Origin: Spirochaetaceae bacterium
GTDB taxonomy: Bacteria; Spirochaetota; Spirochaetia; DSM-27196; SLST01
Reading direction: 5' to 3'
Length of the DNA stretch: 64,000 nucleotides
Assembly (NCBI GenBank): GCA_007118855.1
Contig: SKQU01000140.1
Span: forward strand, 17,289-81,288
Translations under genes and position numbers: made by a program
Shown: piece by piece, positions 27,352 to 35,454 of the stretch
Numbering within the stretch: position 1 is the first letter of the stretch
Layout of the letters: each line of letters opens with the position of its first letter
The notes under the pieces: model-generated
Seen by the model: only the letters and a program-made list of their open reading frames with translations
Database searches by the model: none
Told to the model about the DNA's origin: nothing

Positions 27352-28281
27352 ATGGGGGGCGACAGAAAGCGATACCGCCTCGTGACCCGCAGCGACTTCG
27401 ATGGGCTTGTCTGTGCAGTGCTCCTCAAAGAGCTCGATCTCATTGACGAGATCAAGTTCGTGCATCCGAAGGACATGCAGGACGGGCTGATCGCGATCAG
27501 CGACAACGATATCACCACCAATCTGCCCTATGTGGATGGCGTCCATCTCGCATTCGATCACCATCTCTCGGAGTCTCGTCGGAATGCCGTGCACGACAAC
27601 TACATCATCCATCCGGAAGCGCCGTCTGCCGCCCGTGTCGTGTACGAGCACTATGGCGGAGCAAAGCGGTTCAAGGGTGTTCCCCGCGATCTCATGGAAG
27701 CCGTGGACAAGGGCGACTCGGCGAGCTTCACGATGGAGGAGGTGCTCGAGCCGAGGGGATGGAACCTCCTGAACTTCATCATGGATGCGCGAACCGGGCT
27801 CGGACGGTTCCGGAACTTCAGGATCTCGAACTATCAGCTTATGATGGACCTCATCGACTACTGCCGGGAGTATCCCATTGAGGAGATCCTCAAGCTCCAG
27901 GACGTCCGTGAACGGGTCGAGCTCTACCGCGCCCACGAACGGCTCTTCCAGGAGCAGACCCGTTCGTGCTCGGAGGCGCAGGGCAATGTGCTCGTCCTCG
28001 ACCTGCGCGGCGAGGAGACGATCTACGCCGGGAACCGGTTCATCAAGTACGCGCTCTACCCGGAGACGAATGTGTCAATCCAGGTCATCTGGGGGTTCCA
28101 GAAGCAGAACACGGTGCTGAGTGTGGGGAAGTCGATCTTCAACCGCACGTCGGACGCGAATATCGGCGAGTTGATGCTCGAATACGGGGGCGGCGGACAT
28201 ATGTCGGCCGGTACCTGTCAGGTCGCCACCGACGAGGCCGACCGGATCCTGACCGAGCTCATGGAACGACTGAGAGAGTAG
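27352..28281 (+). CDS. DHH/DHHA1-family phosphoesterase
   Basis: RYRLVTRSDFDGLVCAVLLKE...LAFDHH (DHH motif)...EYGGGGHMSAGTCQV (DHHA1 GGGH motif). The start is taken at ATG 27352; the 27217 track start overlaps the glk start region. Confidence 0.8.
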   Translation: MGGDRKRYRLVTRSDFDGLVCAVLLKELDLIDEIKFVHPKDMQDGLIAISDNDITTNLPYVDGVHLAFDHHLSESRRNAVHDNYIIHPEAPSAARVVYEHYGGAKRFKGVPRDLMEAVDKGDSASFTMEEVLEPRGWNLLNFIMDARTGLGRFRNFRISNYQLMMDLIDYCREYPIEEILKLQDVRERVELYRAHERLFQEQTRSCSEAQGNVLVLDLRGEETIYAGNRFIKYALYPETNVSIQVIWGFQKQNTVLSVGKSIFNRTSDANIGELMLEYGGGGHMSAGTCQVATDEADRILTELMERLRE

Positions 28282-29607
28282 ATGAGCCTGCCTGCGGATC
28301 TCAACGCCTCCACCCGGCAGGAGCGGCTCAGGGCACTGCGCGGGCATCTTGAGGCGAATACCGACTCCATACACGAGGTGCCTTTCACCGACGAGGTGAA
28401 CAACCACGTACACACCACGTACTCGTTCAGCCCGTACTCGCCGACCGCCGCGGCATGGATGGCGAGGAGCGCCGGCCTGCGGGCGGTCGGGAGTGTGGAT
28501 CACGATGCCATTGCAGCGGCTCCGGAGACGCTCGAGGCGTGCCGGATGATCGGGATCGGCGCCACCGTCGGGTGCGAGGTCCGCGTCAGCTTCACCGGCA
28601 CCGCGGTCGAGGGGCGCAGCATCAACAATCCGGACAGCCCGAACCTGGCCTATATCGTCTTCCACGGGGTTCCCGCAACCAGGATTGACGATGTGGATCG
28701 CTTTCTCGCACCCATCCGGGCCCGACGGAACGAGCGAAACGCGCGCCAGACCCGCGCGATGAGCGACCTGCTCGGAGCAGCCGGAGCCCCGCCCGTGAGC
28801 TTCGCCGACGTCACCGCGGGCTCTTTCGCGAGCGAAGGCGGGGGGATCACCGAGCGGCACCTGCTCTATGCCGCGAGTCTCGCGCTCATGGACTGGTTGC
28901 GGCCGGGCATCAAGCTGCGTCGGTTCGCCGAGGAGAAACTCACGGGAGAGCTGTCCGACCGGCTGCGCGAGCACCTCGACGACGCGCTCAACCCTCACTA
29001 CGTCTACGATCTGCTCGGGGCGTTGAAGGTATCCTTTCTCCCCCGTTTCTTCGAGCAACCCTCCCAGGGTGAGTGCATCCCGGTAGCCGACGCGGTGGAC
29101 TTCGCGAACTCACTCGAGGCGATTTCCGCGTATGCCTACCTCGGCGACGTGGCCGACTCTCCAACCGGCGACAAGAAGGCGGCCTCCTTCGAGGACGCCT
29201 ATCTCGACGAGCTTTTCGTGGAGCTCGAGCGTCTCGGGTTCCGCGCGGTGACGTACATGCCGCCCCGCAATACGCTCGCGCAGCTGCGCCGGGTGCAGGA
29301 GCTTTGTCGTTCACACGGGCTCATGGAGATCAGCGGAGTCGACATCAACTCGTCGCGGCAGGCCTTCACCTGCGAAGAGATCCTGCGACCGGAGTTCCGC
29401 CACCTCATCGACGCCACCTGGGCTCTGATCGCGCACGAGAGACTCGCGACGGTGTCGCGGGACTACTCACTCTTCGCTGAGGCCAATCCGGTACCGGGCG
29501 ACCTGTATGCAAGAATCGACACGTATGCGCGCATAGGTCGTGCGATCGATCCGCACCACCCTGAGGCAGTAGTCTCGGCGGCCTCCGGGATCGCCTCATT
29601 CGGATAG
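28282..29607 (+). CDS. PHP-domain (polymerase/histidinol-phosphatase-like) metal-dependent phosphoesterase
   Basis: VNNHVHTTYSFSPYSP...GSVDHD is a PHP motif I/II pattern. It starts directly after the DHH stop (TAGATG). Confidence 0.65.
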   Translation: MSLPADLNASTRQERLRALRGHLEANTDSIHEVPFTDEVNNHVHTTYSFSPYSPTAAAWMARSAGLRAVGSVDHDAIAAAPETLEACRMIGIGATVGCEVRVSFTGTAVEGRSINNPDSPNLAYIVFHGVPATRIDDVDRFLAPIRARRNERNARQTRAMSDLLGAAGAPPVSFADVTAGSFASEGGGITERHLLYAASLALMDWLRPGIKLRRFAEEKLTGELSDRLREHLDDALNPHYVYDLLGALKVSFLPRFFEQPSQGECIPVADAVDFANSLEAISAYAYLGDVADSPTGDKKAASFEDAYLDELFVELERLGFRAVTYMPPRNTLAQLRRVQELCRSHGLMEISGVDINSSRQAFTCEEILRPEFRHLIDATWALIAHERLATVSRDYSLFAEANPVPGDLYARIDTYARIGRAIDPHHPEAVVSAASGIASFG

Positions 29608-29616
29608 GAGAGAGAG

Positions 29617-30762
29617 ATGAGTTCCTACGATACCGAACGCGATCTGCCGCTGCTGCGCGGAGTGTTGCTGCGTTTCGCTGCGGCGGTGACGCTCTGCGAG
29701 ATGGACGAATCAAGGGCCGAGGCCGACCTCACCGTGCGGCCTTCAACCGGAGAGGGGGGCGACGCCCCGGCCGATGCCCCGGCGGTCGCCGAGATGCAGG
29801 CCTACGTTGACGGAAACGGGTCGCTGCCGCGTACGATTCGCGTCCAGGGCGGGCCACCTCTTGCCGTGGGCTCCACCCTCTCTGACGCCGCCGGGCGGAC
29901 TACGGAGCCGCTCATCGAGGAGCTCGGCGGGCGCGAAGACGTCGTGAGAGGGCGGGTGGCTGTGGTCACCGGCGGAGCACAGGGATTCGGCGAGCAGATC
30001 GTGCGGGCACTCGTGTGCCACGGGGCCCGGGTCTTCATCGCGGACCTCAACCTCGACGGGGCAGAGGCGCTCGCCCGTGAGCTCAACGCCGCGCACGGGC
30101 CGGTGACCAGGGGCGTCGCGGTCGACGTGTCGGACGAGGCGTCGGTCGCCGCGATGTTCGCCGAGATCACCCGGTTCGCCGGGGGAGTGGATCTGCTCGT
30201 CTCCAACGCCGGTGTCCTGAAGGCCGGTAGCGTCAAGGAGCTCTCATCGGCCGACTTCGATTTCGTGACCCGCGTGAACTACACCGGATTCTTCCTGTGC
30301 ACCCGGTTCGCTGCCCGCGTGATGGCGCAGCAGAACCGGTACGCGCCGTCGGACCGAACCACGGACATCGTGCAGATCAACTCCAAGAGCGGGCTCGCCG
30401 GGAGCAACAGGAACGGCGCGTACGCGGGCAGCAAGTTCGGGAGTCTCGGGCTGGTGCAGAGCTTCGCGCTCGAGCTCGTGAGCGACCGGATCAAGGTCAA
30501 CGCGATCTGTCCGGGGAACTTCTTTGACGGCCCGCTCTGGTCGGATCCTGATCGCGGGCTGTTTGTTCAGTATCTTCAGGCGGGCAAGGTCCCCGGCGCC
30601 GAGAGCGTCGCGGACGTCAGGGCACACTATGAGGCCCAGGTTCCCATGGGGCGCGGCTGTAGAGGCGAGGACGTCATGCACGCACTGCTCTACGTCGTGG
30701 AGCAGCCGTACGAGACGGGACAGGCGGTGCCTGTGACCGGCGGCCAGATCATGCTATCGTAG
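29617..30762 (+). CDS. SDR-family oxidoreductase (sorbitol-6-phosphate dehydrogenase-like core) with a ~110-aa N-terminal extension
   Basis: VAVVTGGAQGFGEQIV...NSKSG...YAGSKFG...NAICPGN form the core. The start ATG 29617 follows GGAGAGAGAG, so the extension appears to be translated. Confidence 0.8.
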   Translation: MSSYDTERDLPLLRGVLLRFAAAVTLCEMDESRAEADLTVRPSTGEGGDAPADAPAVAEMQAYVDGNGSLPRTIRVQGGPPLAVGSTLSDAAGRTTEPLIEELGGREDVVRGRVAVVTGGAQGFGEQIVRALVCHGARVFIADLNLDGAEALARELNAAHGPVTRGVAVDVSDEASVAAMFAEITRFAGGVDLLVSNAGVLKAGSVKELSSADFDFVTRVNYTGFFLCTRFAARVMAQQNRYAPSDRTTDIVQINSKSGLAGSNRNGAYAGSKFGSLGLVQSFALELVSDRIKVNAICPGNFFDGPLWSDPDRGLFVQYLQAGKVPGAESVADVRAHYEAQVPMGRGCRGEDVMHALLYVVEQPYETGQAVPVTGGQIMLS

Positions 30763-30773
30763 GAGTCATGACG

Positions 30774-31214
30774 ATGAAGCGAATCGGAATGGTTGCGGTG
30801 TTCGCGCTTGCCGTCTCGGCGGTGAGCACGGCTCAGACGAGCCTTGGTATCATCCTTGGCGAACCGTCCGGGCTGACCGGCAAGCAATGGTTTGGCGACA
30901 GCGCCGCTGCGGAGATGGTGGTTGCCTGGTCCTTCGTCTCGCCGGGGGCGCTCTATCTCCATCTCGACTACAAGCAGCACTTCTACCAGGAGCACATCGA
31001 TCCGGGGATGATCTTTGTGTACGCGGGGATCGGGCCGCGCATCTACATCCGCGGCGACGGCGTCACGATCGGGGCGAGGATTCCGGTCGGGATCGAGTAC
31101 CGCTTTGAAGGTGCCCCGCTCGAGGTGTTCCTCGAAGTCGCGCCGGGGCTCAATATCTTTCCGGAGACCGAGCCGAGCTTCGGAGGCGGTATCGGCGTTC
31201 GGTTCCGGTTCTGA
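30774..31214 (+). CDS. small signal-peptide protein, putative 8-stranded outer-membrane beta-barrel
   Basis: MKRIGMVAVFALAVSAVSTAQ is a signal peptide. Amphipathic alternating strands follow (GIILGEPSGLTGK, EMVVAWSF, ALYLHLDY...), with C-terminal GIGVRFRF ending in Phe. Confidence 0.6.
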   Translation: MKRIGMVAVFALAVSAVSTAQTSLGIILGEPSGLTGKQWFGDSAAAEMVVAWSFVSPGALYLHLDYKQHFYQEHIDPGMIFVYAGIGPRIYIRGDGVTIGARIPVGIEYRFEGAPLEVFLEVAPGLNIFPETEPSFGGGIGVRFRF

Positions 31215-31222
31215 CCGCCGGC

Positions 31223-32233
31223 ATGCCGAGGATCAAGGCGGGAGTGAACGCGCCGCGGGAGCGCTACGAGAGCGTCTTCTGCGAAGAGACTCGCTCGAGG
31301 ATCGGCGAGCTCGTAGACCTCGACCCGGGTCTCATCCCGCAGGAGAATACCCCCGCAGCGGCTGCCGGATCGGTTCGTGATGCGCGGGTGATCCTGAGCA
31401 CCTGGGGCGCCGTGCCGTATACGAGAGAGCTGCTCGATGCCTGCCCGAATCTTGAGCTGATTCTCTATGCGGCCGGATCATTCAAGAACCAGGTGACCGA
31501 CGCGCTGGTCGAACGAAGCCCGATCGTCTGTAGCGCGGTCCACATCAACGCGATCCCCACCGCCGAGTATTCGCTCATGTTCATCCTCGCCGCGCTCAAG
31601 GACGTGGGTCCTTTCGTCCACCAGATCCGCCGGGAGGGCCCGCGAGGTTTCCGCAAGGACAAGTTCACCCGTGGCGGCGGGTACTACCGCAGCACCGTGG
31701 CGCTCCTCGGGCTCGGTACCGTGTCGCGGTATCTCGTCGGTCTGCTCCGGAACTTCGACCTCGATATCCTGATGGCCGACGATTTTCTGACCTCCGAAGA
31801 GGCGGCACGACTCGGTGTGACGGCCGTGTCGCTGGATGAGGCGATGAGCCGCGCCGACGTGGTCTCCGTCCACCACGCCGACGTCGAGCGGAACCGGGGG
31901 ATCGTCAACCGCCGGACGCTCGGGCTGATGAAGCAGGGCGCGCGCCTCGTGAATACCTCGCGCGGGCGTATGATCGACGAGGATTCGCTCGTGGAAACGC
32001 TCTCGGCCGGTCGTATCTCGGCGTACCTGGACGTTACCTATCCCGAGCCACCCCCGGAGGGTCATCCCTTCTACACCCTTGCGAACTGTGTGCTCACGCC
32101 GCACATCGCCGGCTCGATCGGACCGGAGGTGCACCGGATGGGCGACTACTGTGTCCGCGAGCTCGAGCACTGGCTCGCCGGCGAGCCGTTCGAGCACACG
32201 ATCGACATTCGCGATCTGTCGAACCGGGCATGA
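31223..32233 (+). CDS. D-isomer-specific 2-hydroxyacid dehydrogenase family protein
   Basis: VALLGLGTVSRYL (NAD fold)...LVNTSRGRMIDEDSLVETL..GRISAYLDVTYPEP...LTPHIAG. Confidence 0.85.
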   Translation: MPRIKAGVNAPRERYESVFCEETRSRIGELVDLDPGLIPQENTPAAAAGSVRDARVILSTWGAVPYTRELLDACPNLELILYAAGSFKNQVTDALVERSPIVCSAVHINAIPTAEYSLMFILAALKDVGPFVHQIRREGPRGFRKDKFTRGGGYYRSTVALLGLGTVSRYLVGLLRNFDLDILMADDFLTSEEAARLGVTAVSLDEAMSRADVVSVHHADVERNRGIVNRRTLGLMKQGARLVNTSRGRMIDEDSLVETLSAGRISAYLDVTYPEPPPEGHPFYTLANCVLTPHIAGSIGPEVHRMGDYCVRELEHWLAGEPFEHTIDIRDLSNRA

Positions 32234-32246
32234 AAAAGGAGTCAAT

Positions 32247-33116
32247 GTGAAGGCGGGTATCTGTACGATAGCAATGAAGGATCGCACCATCGGGGAGGCG
32301 ATCGAGGCCGCCGCGCGTTCCGGCGCCGGCGGCGTGGAGATCTGGGGGCGCGTCCCGCACCTGCCGCCTGCCGACAGCTCGGCCGACAGCACGGCCGACA
32401 GCTCGGCCGACAGCACGGCCCGCGCCCGGATCGGTTCGCTGCTCCGTGACGCGGGGCTCGAGGCGGTCGCGCTCGGCTCGTACTATCGGCCGGATGGAAC
32501 CGCGGCGTCGGGCCGCGATGTTCCGGAGGAAGAGCGGGGGGACTATGTCCTGGCGGCCGCCCGGGATCTGCGCTGTCCGCTCGTGAGGATCTGGTGTGGG
32601 CGAAGCGAGTACGACGAGACACCGCCGTCGGTGCGCGAGGCGATCTATGACGAAGTGCGCGATTTCGCGGATGCCGCGGGCCGTGAGGGCTGCAGGGTCG
32701 TTCTCGAGCGGCACAACCGGACCCTGACCGCGAGCTGGGAATCGGCCGCGCGGGTGATCGATGAGATCGACCACCCCGGCGTCTCCCTGTGCTACCAGGT
32801 GCCGTACCCGATGCAACCGCACGAGCTGCGGGCCAGGACGCCGGACGACTTCACGTCGCTCCTTTCGCGTTGCGCGCACGCCCACCTGCAGAACTACGTG
32901 CAGCCGGCCTCCCCGGGGTCCGGCGGCGAGTCTGACTCGCACCTGCCGCGCACCTTGCTCGCGCACGGCATCGTCGACTACGGCGTCTTCGGCCGTGAGG
33001 CGCGCCGACTCGGATACGAGGGATGGGCGATGGTCGAGTTTCCGGCCTCGGTCCGGGGGGCGATGAGCGAAGACGAAGCGCTTGCCGCCGACGTCGCCTT
33101 CATCGCTTCGCTGTAG
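32247..33116 (+). CDS. xylose-isomerase-like TIM-barrel protein (sugar phosphate isomerase/epimerase family)
   Basis: GTG 32247 lies 5 nt after AAAGGAG. GAGGVEIWG...VRIWCG...VVLERHN...MVEF are the typical AP_endonuc_2/TIM-barrel blocks. The 32079 track start overlaps the previous gene. Confidence 0.75.
   Translation: MKAGICTIAMKDRTIGEAIEAAARSGAGGVEIWGRVPHLPPADSSADSTADSSADSTARARIGSLLRDAGLEAVALGSYYRPDGTAASGRDVPEEERGDYVLAAARDLRCPLVRIWCGRSEYDETPPSVREAIYDEVRDFADAAGREGCRVVLERHNRTLTASWESAARVIDEIDHPGVSLCYQVPYPMQPHELRARTPDDFTSLLSRCAHAHLQNYVQPASPGSGGESDSHLPRTLLAHGIVDYGVFGREARRLGYEGWAMVEFPASVRGAMSEDEALAADVAFIASL
32370..32417 (+). repeat. 24-bp x2 (12-bp x4) in-frame tandem repeat inside the TIM-barrel gene
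   Basis: gccgacagctcggccgacagcacg at 32370-32393 is repeated exactly at 32394-32417, encoding ADSSADST twice. Confidence 0.95.
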
Positions 33117-33126
33117 CGCGCGTTCG

Positions 33127-34125
33127 CTATCGGCTTCTGAGGCGCCACGATTCGCCACAGGGGACGAACTCGACCGTGGTTATCTCGGTCCCCACGACCC
33201 TGCGCGATTCGGCGATCCGCGCGCCGGAGTCATCCACGGCGTACGAGCGGCCCTCCCACATGAGATCGAGGAAGGAGCCGGTAAGCGTCGCATTGACGCC
33301 GGCCACCGCGCCGCCCTCTCGAACCCGATCCGGCAGCGTCCGGTCGAACCGCCTGCGTACCTCGGGCGTGAACGGCTCGCCGTTCGCGCGCAGGTCGATC
33401 CACAGCTCGCTGCCGTCGAGCCGATCGTGCCAGGTGTCGAAGAAAGTGTCTCTGCAGATCGTGAACCCGACGGTGATCCCCGTGAGCTCGACCGGTTCGG
33501 CCGCATCCAGATTGCCCGGCCGGATTCCGAGGTCGCGGCGCTCCTCCTCGGTGAGGTAGACCTTGTCCTGCTCATAGACGACCGCGCCGGTTTCGTCGAA
33601 CACGATGAGCCGGTTGCGTAGCCCTCGTTCGTGTGGTGAGTCGGCCGGCACGAAGAAGGTTCCCGCGACGATCGTCACCTCGTGGGTCGCGGCGAGCCGC
33701 TTCCACAGGACGATCGCCTGCGCGGAAGCCTCCTCCGCCGCCGAGCTCAACAGCGCGGAAAGGTTCGTGTACTGCCCGCGCTCGCCGGACGGGTCTCTCC
33801 CGACTTGCTCGGCAGCGATCAGGCGCAGGGCCTCCTCGATCGTCGATGCCGACTCGACGACCCGCGGGAAGCGGGCCGCGACGAGAAAGACGTTGAGGTA
33901 TTCGGGGAAGACGACGATGTCGGCGCTGTGGTCGTTGACGGCGCGCTCGACGATCTCCTCCACGGTGTCGCGATACGCGGCGACCGAGGAGTATGCCTCC
34001 TCGGTCACCCGGAATTGCACCGTGGCGACGGTCACTGCCGCACGCTCGTCTGGCGTCGCGACGGCCGCAATCACGAACGTCATACAGGCGAGTATGGCGA
34101 GATACCTTGCGCTTCCGCGGGTCAT
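33127..34125 (-). CDS. carbon-nitrogen hydrolase (nitrilase superfamily) with an N-terminal signal or anchor
   Basis: VVFPEYL (catalytic Glu) and GFTICRDTFF (catalytic Cys). The N-terminus MTRGSARYLAILACMTFVIAAVA is hydrophobic. Confidence 0.75.
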   Translation of the reverse strand: MTRGSARYLAILACMTFVIAAVATPDERAAVTVATVQFRVTEEAYSSVAAYRDTVEEIVERAVNDHSADIVVFPEYLNVFLVAARFPRVVESASTIEEALRLIAAEQVGRDPSGERGQYTNLSALLSSAAEEASAQAIVLWKRLAATHEVTIVAGTFFVPADSPHERGLRNRLIVFDETGAVVYEQDKVYLTEEERRDLGIRPGNLDAAEPVELTGITVGFTICRDTFFDTWHDRLDGSELWIDLRANGEPFTPEVRRRFDRTLPDRVREGGAVAGVNATLTGSFLDLMWEGRSYAVDDSGARIAESRRVVGTEITTVEFVPCGESWRLRSR

Positions 34126-34171
34126 ACCCTCAGGTTATCAGGGACGCCGGCGACTGCAAAGCGGGGGCAAG

Positions 34172-35452
34172 CTACACCGTGATGTCCGGGGCGTGCTCGA
34201 GGACGTAGCGCTCGGCCTCTTCGCTCCAGAGGTTCTTGTTCGCTCGGCAGATCTCCGCGAGCGTCGCGTAGAAGGGGTCTTCCTTGCCGCGCGATGCGAA
34301 GTCGTCGATCGCGACGAGCGGCATGCGTTTGTTCGTGTAGACGAGCTTCTTCCCGCCCGGAATGTCGGGCAGATTGAGCGTCGTCTCGACGACCGCGTCG
34401 AGCCCGCCTACATGGGTGATCATCGCGACCGGGTTGACGATGCCGCGGCCCATGAGATCGAGCGCCTCGCGCATGTCGCTTGTGTTGCCGCCGGAGGTGC
34501 CCACCACGTGATGCGACTCGTAGTGGACGTTGTAGAAGTTGAAGCTCGCGCTGAAGGACGGGTCGGTGGGTCCTGCAAAGAAGTTCAGACAGCCGTCGTT
34601 TCCGAGGATTGCGTCGCCCTGCTCCACGACCGGCTTCACCGGTGCGAATACGAAGACGTCGTCGAAGCCGGTGCCGTCGGTATAGCCGCGGAGCCCCGCG
34701 ACCGCATCGCTCATGTCACGCGTGTTCACGTAGTGGAGCTCCACCCCGTGCTCGGCTGCATGCTCGACGGTGTAGATCGTCTTCGCCCGGTCGATCCGCG
34801 CCTGATCAATGTCGGTGACGACCATGAGTCGCGGCCGCGGGTTGGTGTGGATCGCGTAGTCGATCGCACCAAGGCCCATGGGCCCCACGCCCGCGAGAAG
34901 CGCGAGCGTCCCTCCGTCGACGATCCCCATGCGATGCTCATAGCTTCCCTGACTCGTGTGGTACTGCGCATGGAAGGCCCCGGCGATGCAGCTCACCGGC
35001 TCGGCAAGCGATCCCATGAAGTAGGCGCTCCCCGGATAGGGCAGGAGGCAGTCCTGCAGCATCACTTCCTTCGGGATGATGATGTAAGTCGCATCCCCCC
35101 CGATGTGCTGGTAGGTGTAGCCGGGGGCGGAGAGAATGCCGACCGGGCCTTCGGGGTAGAACATCGCCGGCTGGATGCCGAACCGTTGGCCCTCCCGGAA
35201 CTTGTCCTTCCACTTCGCGCCCACCTTGACGAGCTCGCCGCAGAACTCGTGTCCGATCATGACCGGGTTCTCGGCGATGTCATCCGGAACGCGCTTGTGA
35301 TCCGAGCCCTGTTTGGCGGCCTTGTAGCTCGACATACAGATGCTGTCGCTCACGATGTGCGCGAGTATCTCGTCGTCGTTGATCTCCGGCAGCTCGAAGC
35401 TCTCCATCCTGAGATCCTGCTTGCCGTACATCCTGACCGCGGTCGTCTTCAT
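34172..35452 (-). CDS. zinc-type MDR dehydrogenase, L-sorbose-1-phosphate reductase (SorE)-like
   Basis: MKTTAVRMYGKQDLRMESFELPEINDDEILAHIVSDSICMSSYKAAKQGSDHKRVPDDIAENPVMIGHEFCGE...NFFAGP...VGTSGGNT...GGKKLVYT is collinear with Klebsiella SorE as I remember it. ATG 35452 (SD GGGAG) is preferred over GTG 35458. Confidence 0.8.
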   Translation of the reverse strand: MKTTAVRMYGKQDLRMESFELPEINDDEILAHIVSDSICMSSYKAAKQGSDHKRVPDDIAENPVMIGHEFCGELVKVGAKWKDKFREGQRFGIQPAMFYPEGPVGILSAPGYTYQHIGGDATYIIIPKEVMLQDCLLPYPGSAYFMGSLAEPVSCIAGAFHAQYHTSQGSYEHRMGIVDGGTLALLAGVGPMGLGAIDYAIHTNPRPRLMVVTDIDQARIDRAKTIYTVEHAAEHGVELHYVNTRDMSDAVAGLRGYTDGTGFDDVFVFAPVKPVVEQGDAILGNDGCLNFFAGPTDPSFSASFNFYNVHYESHHVVGTSGGNTSDMREALDLMGRGIVNPVAMITHVGGLDAVVETTLNLPDIPGGKKLVYTNKRMPLVAIDDFASRGKEDPFYATLAEICRANKNLWSEEAERYVLEHAPDITV

Positions 35453-35454
35453 GC

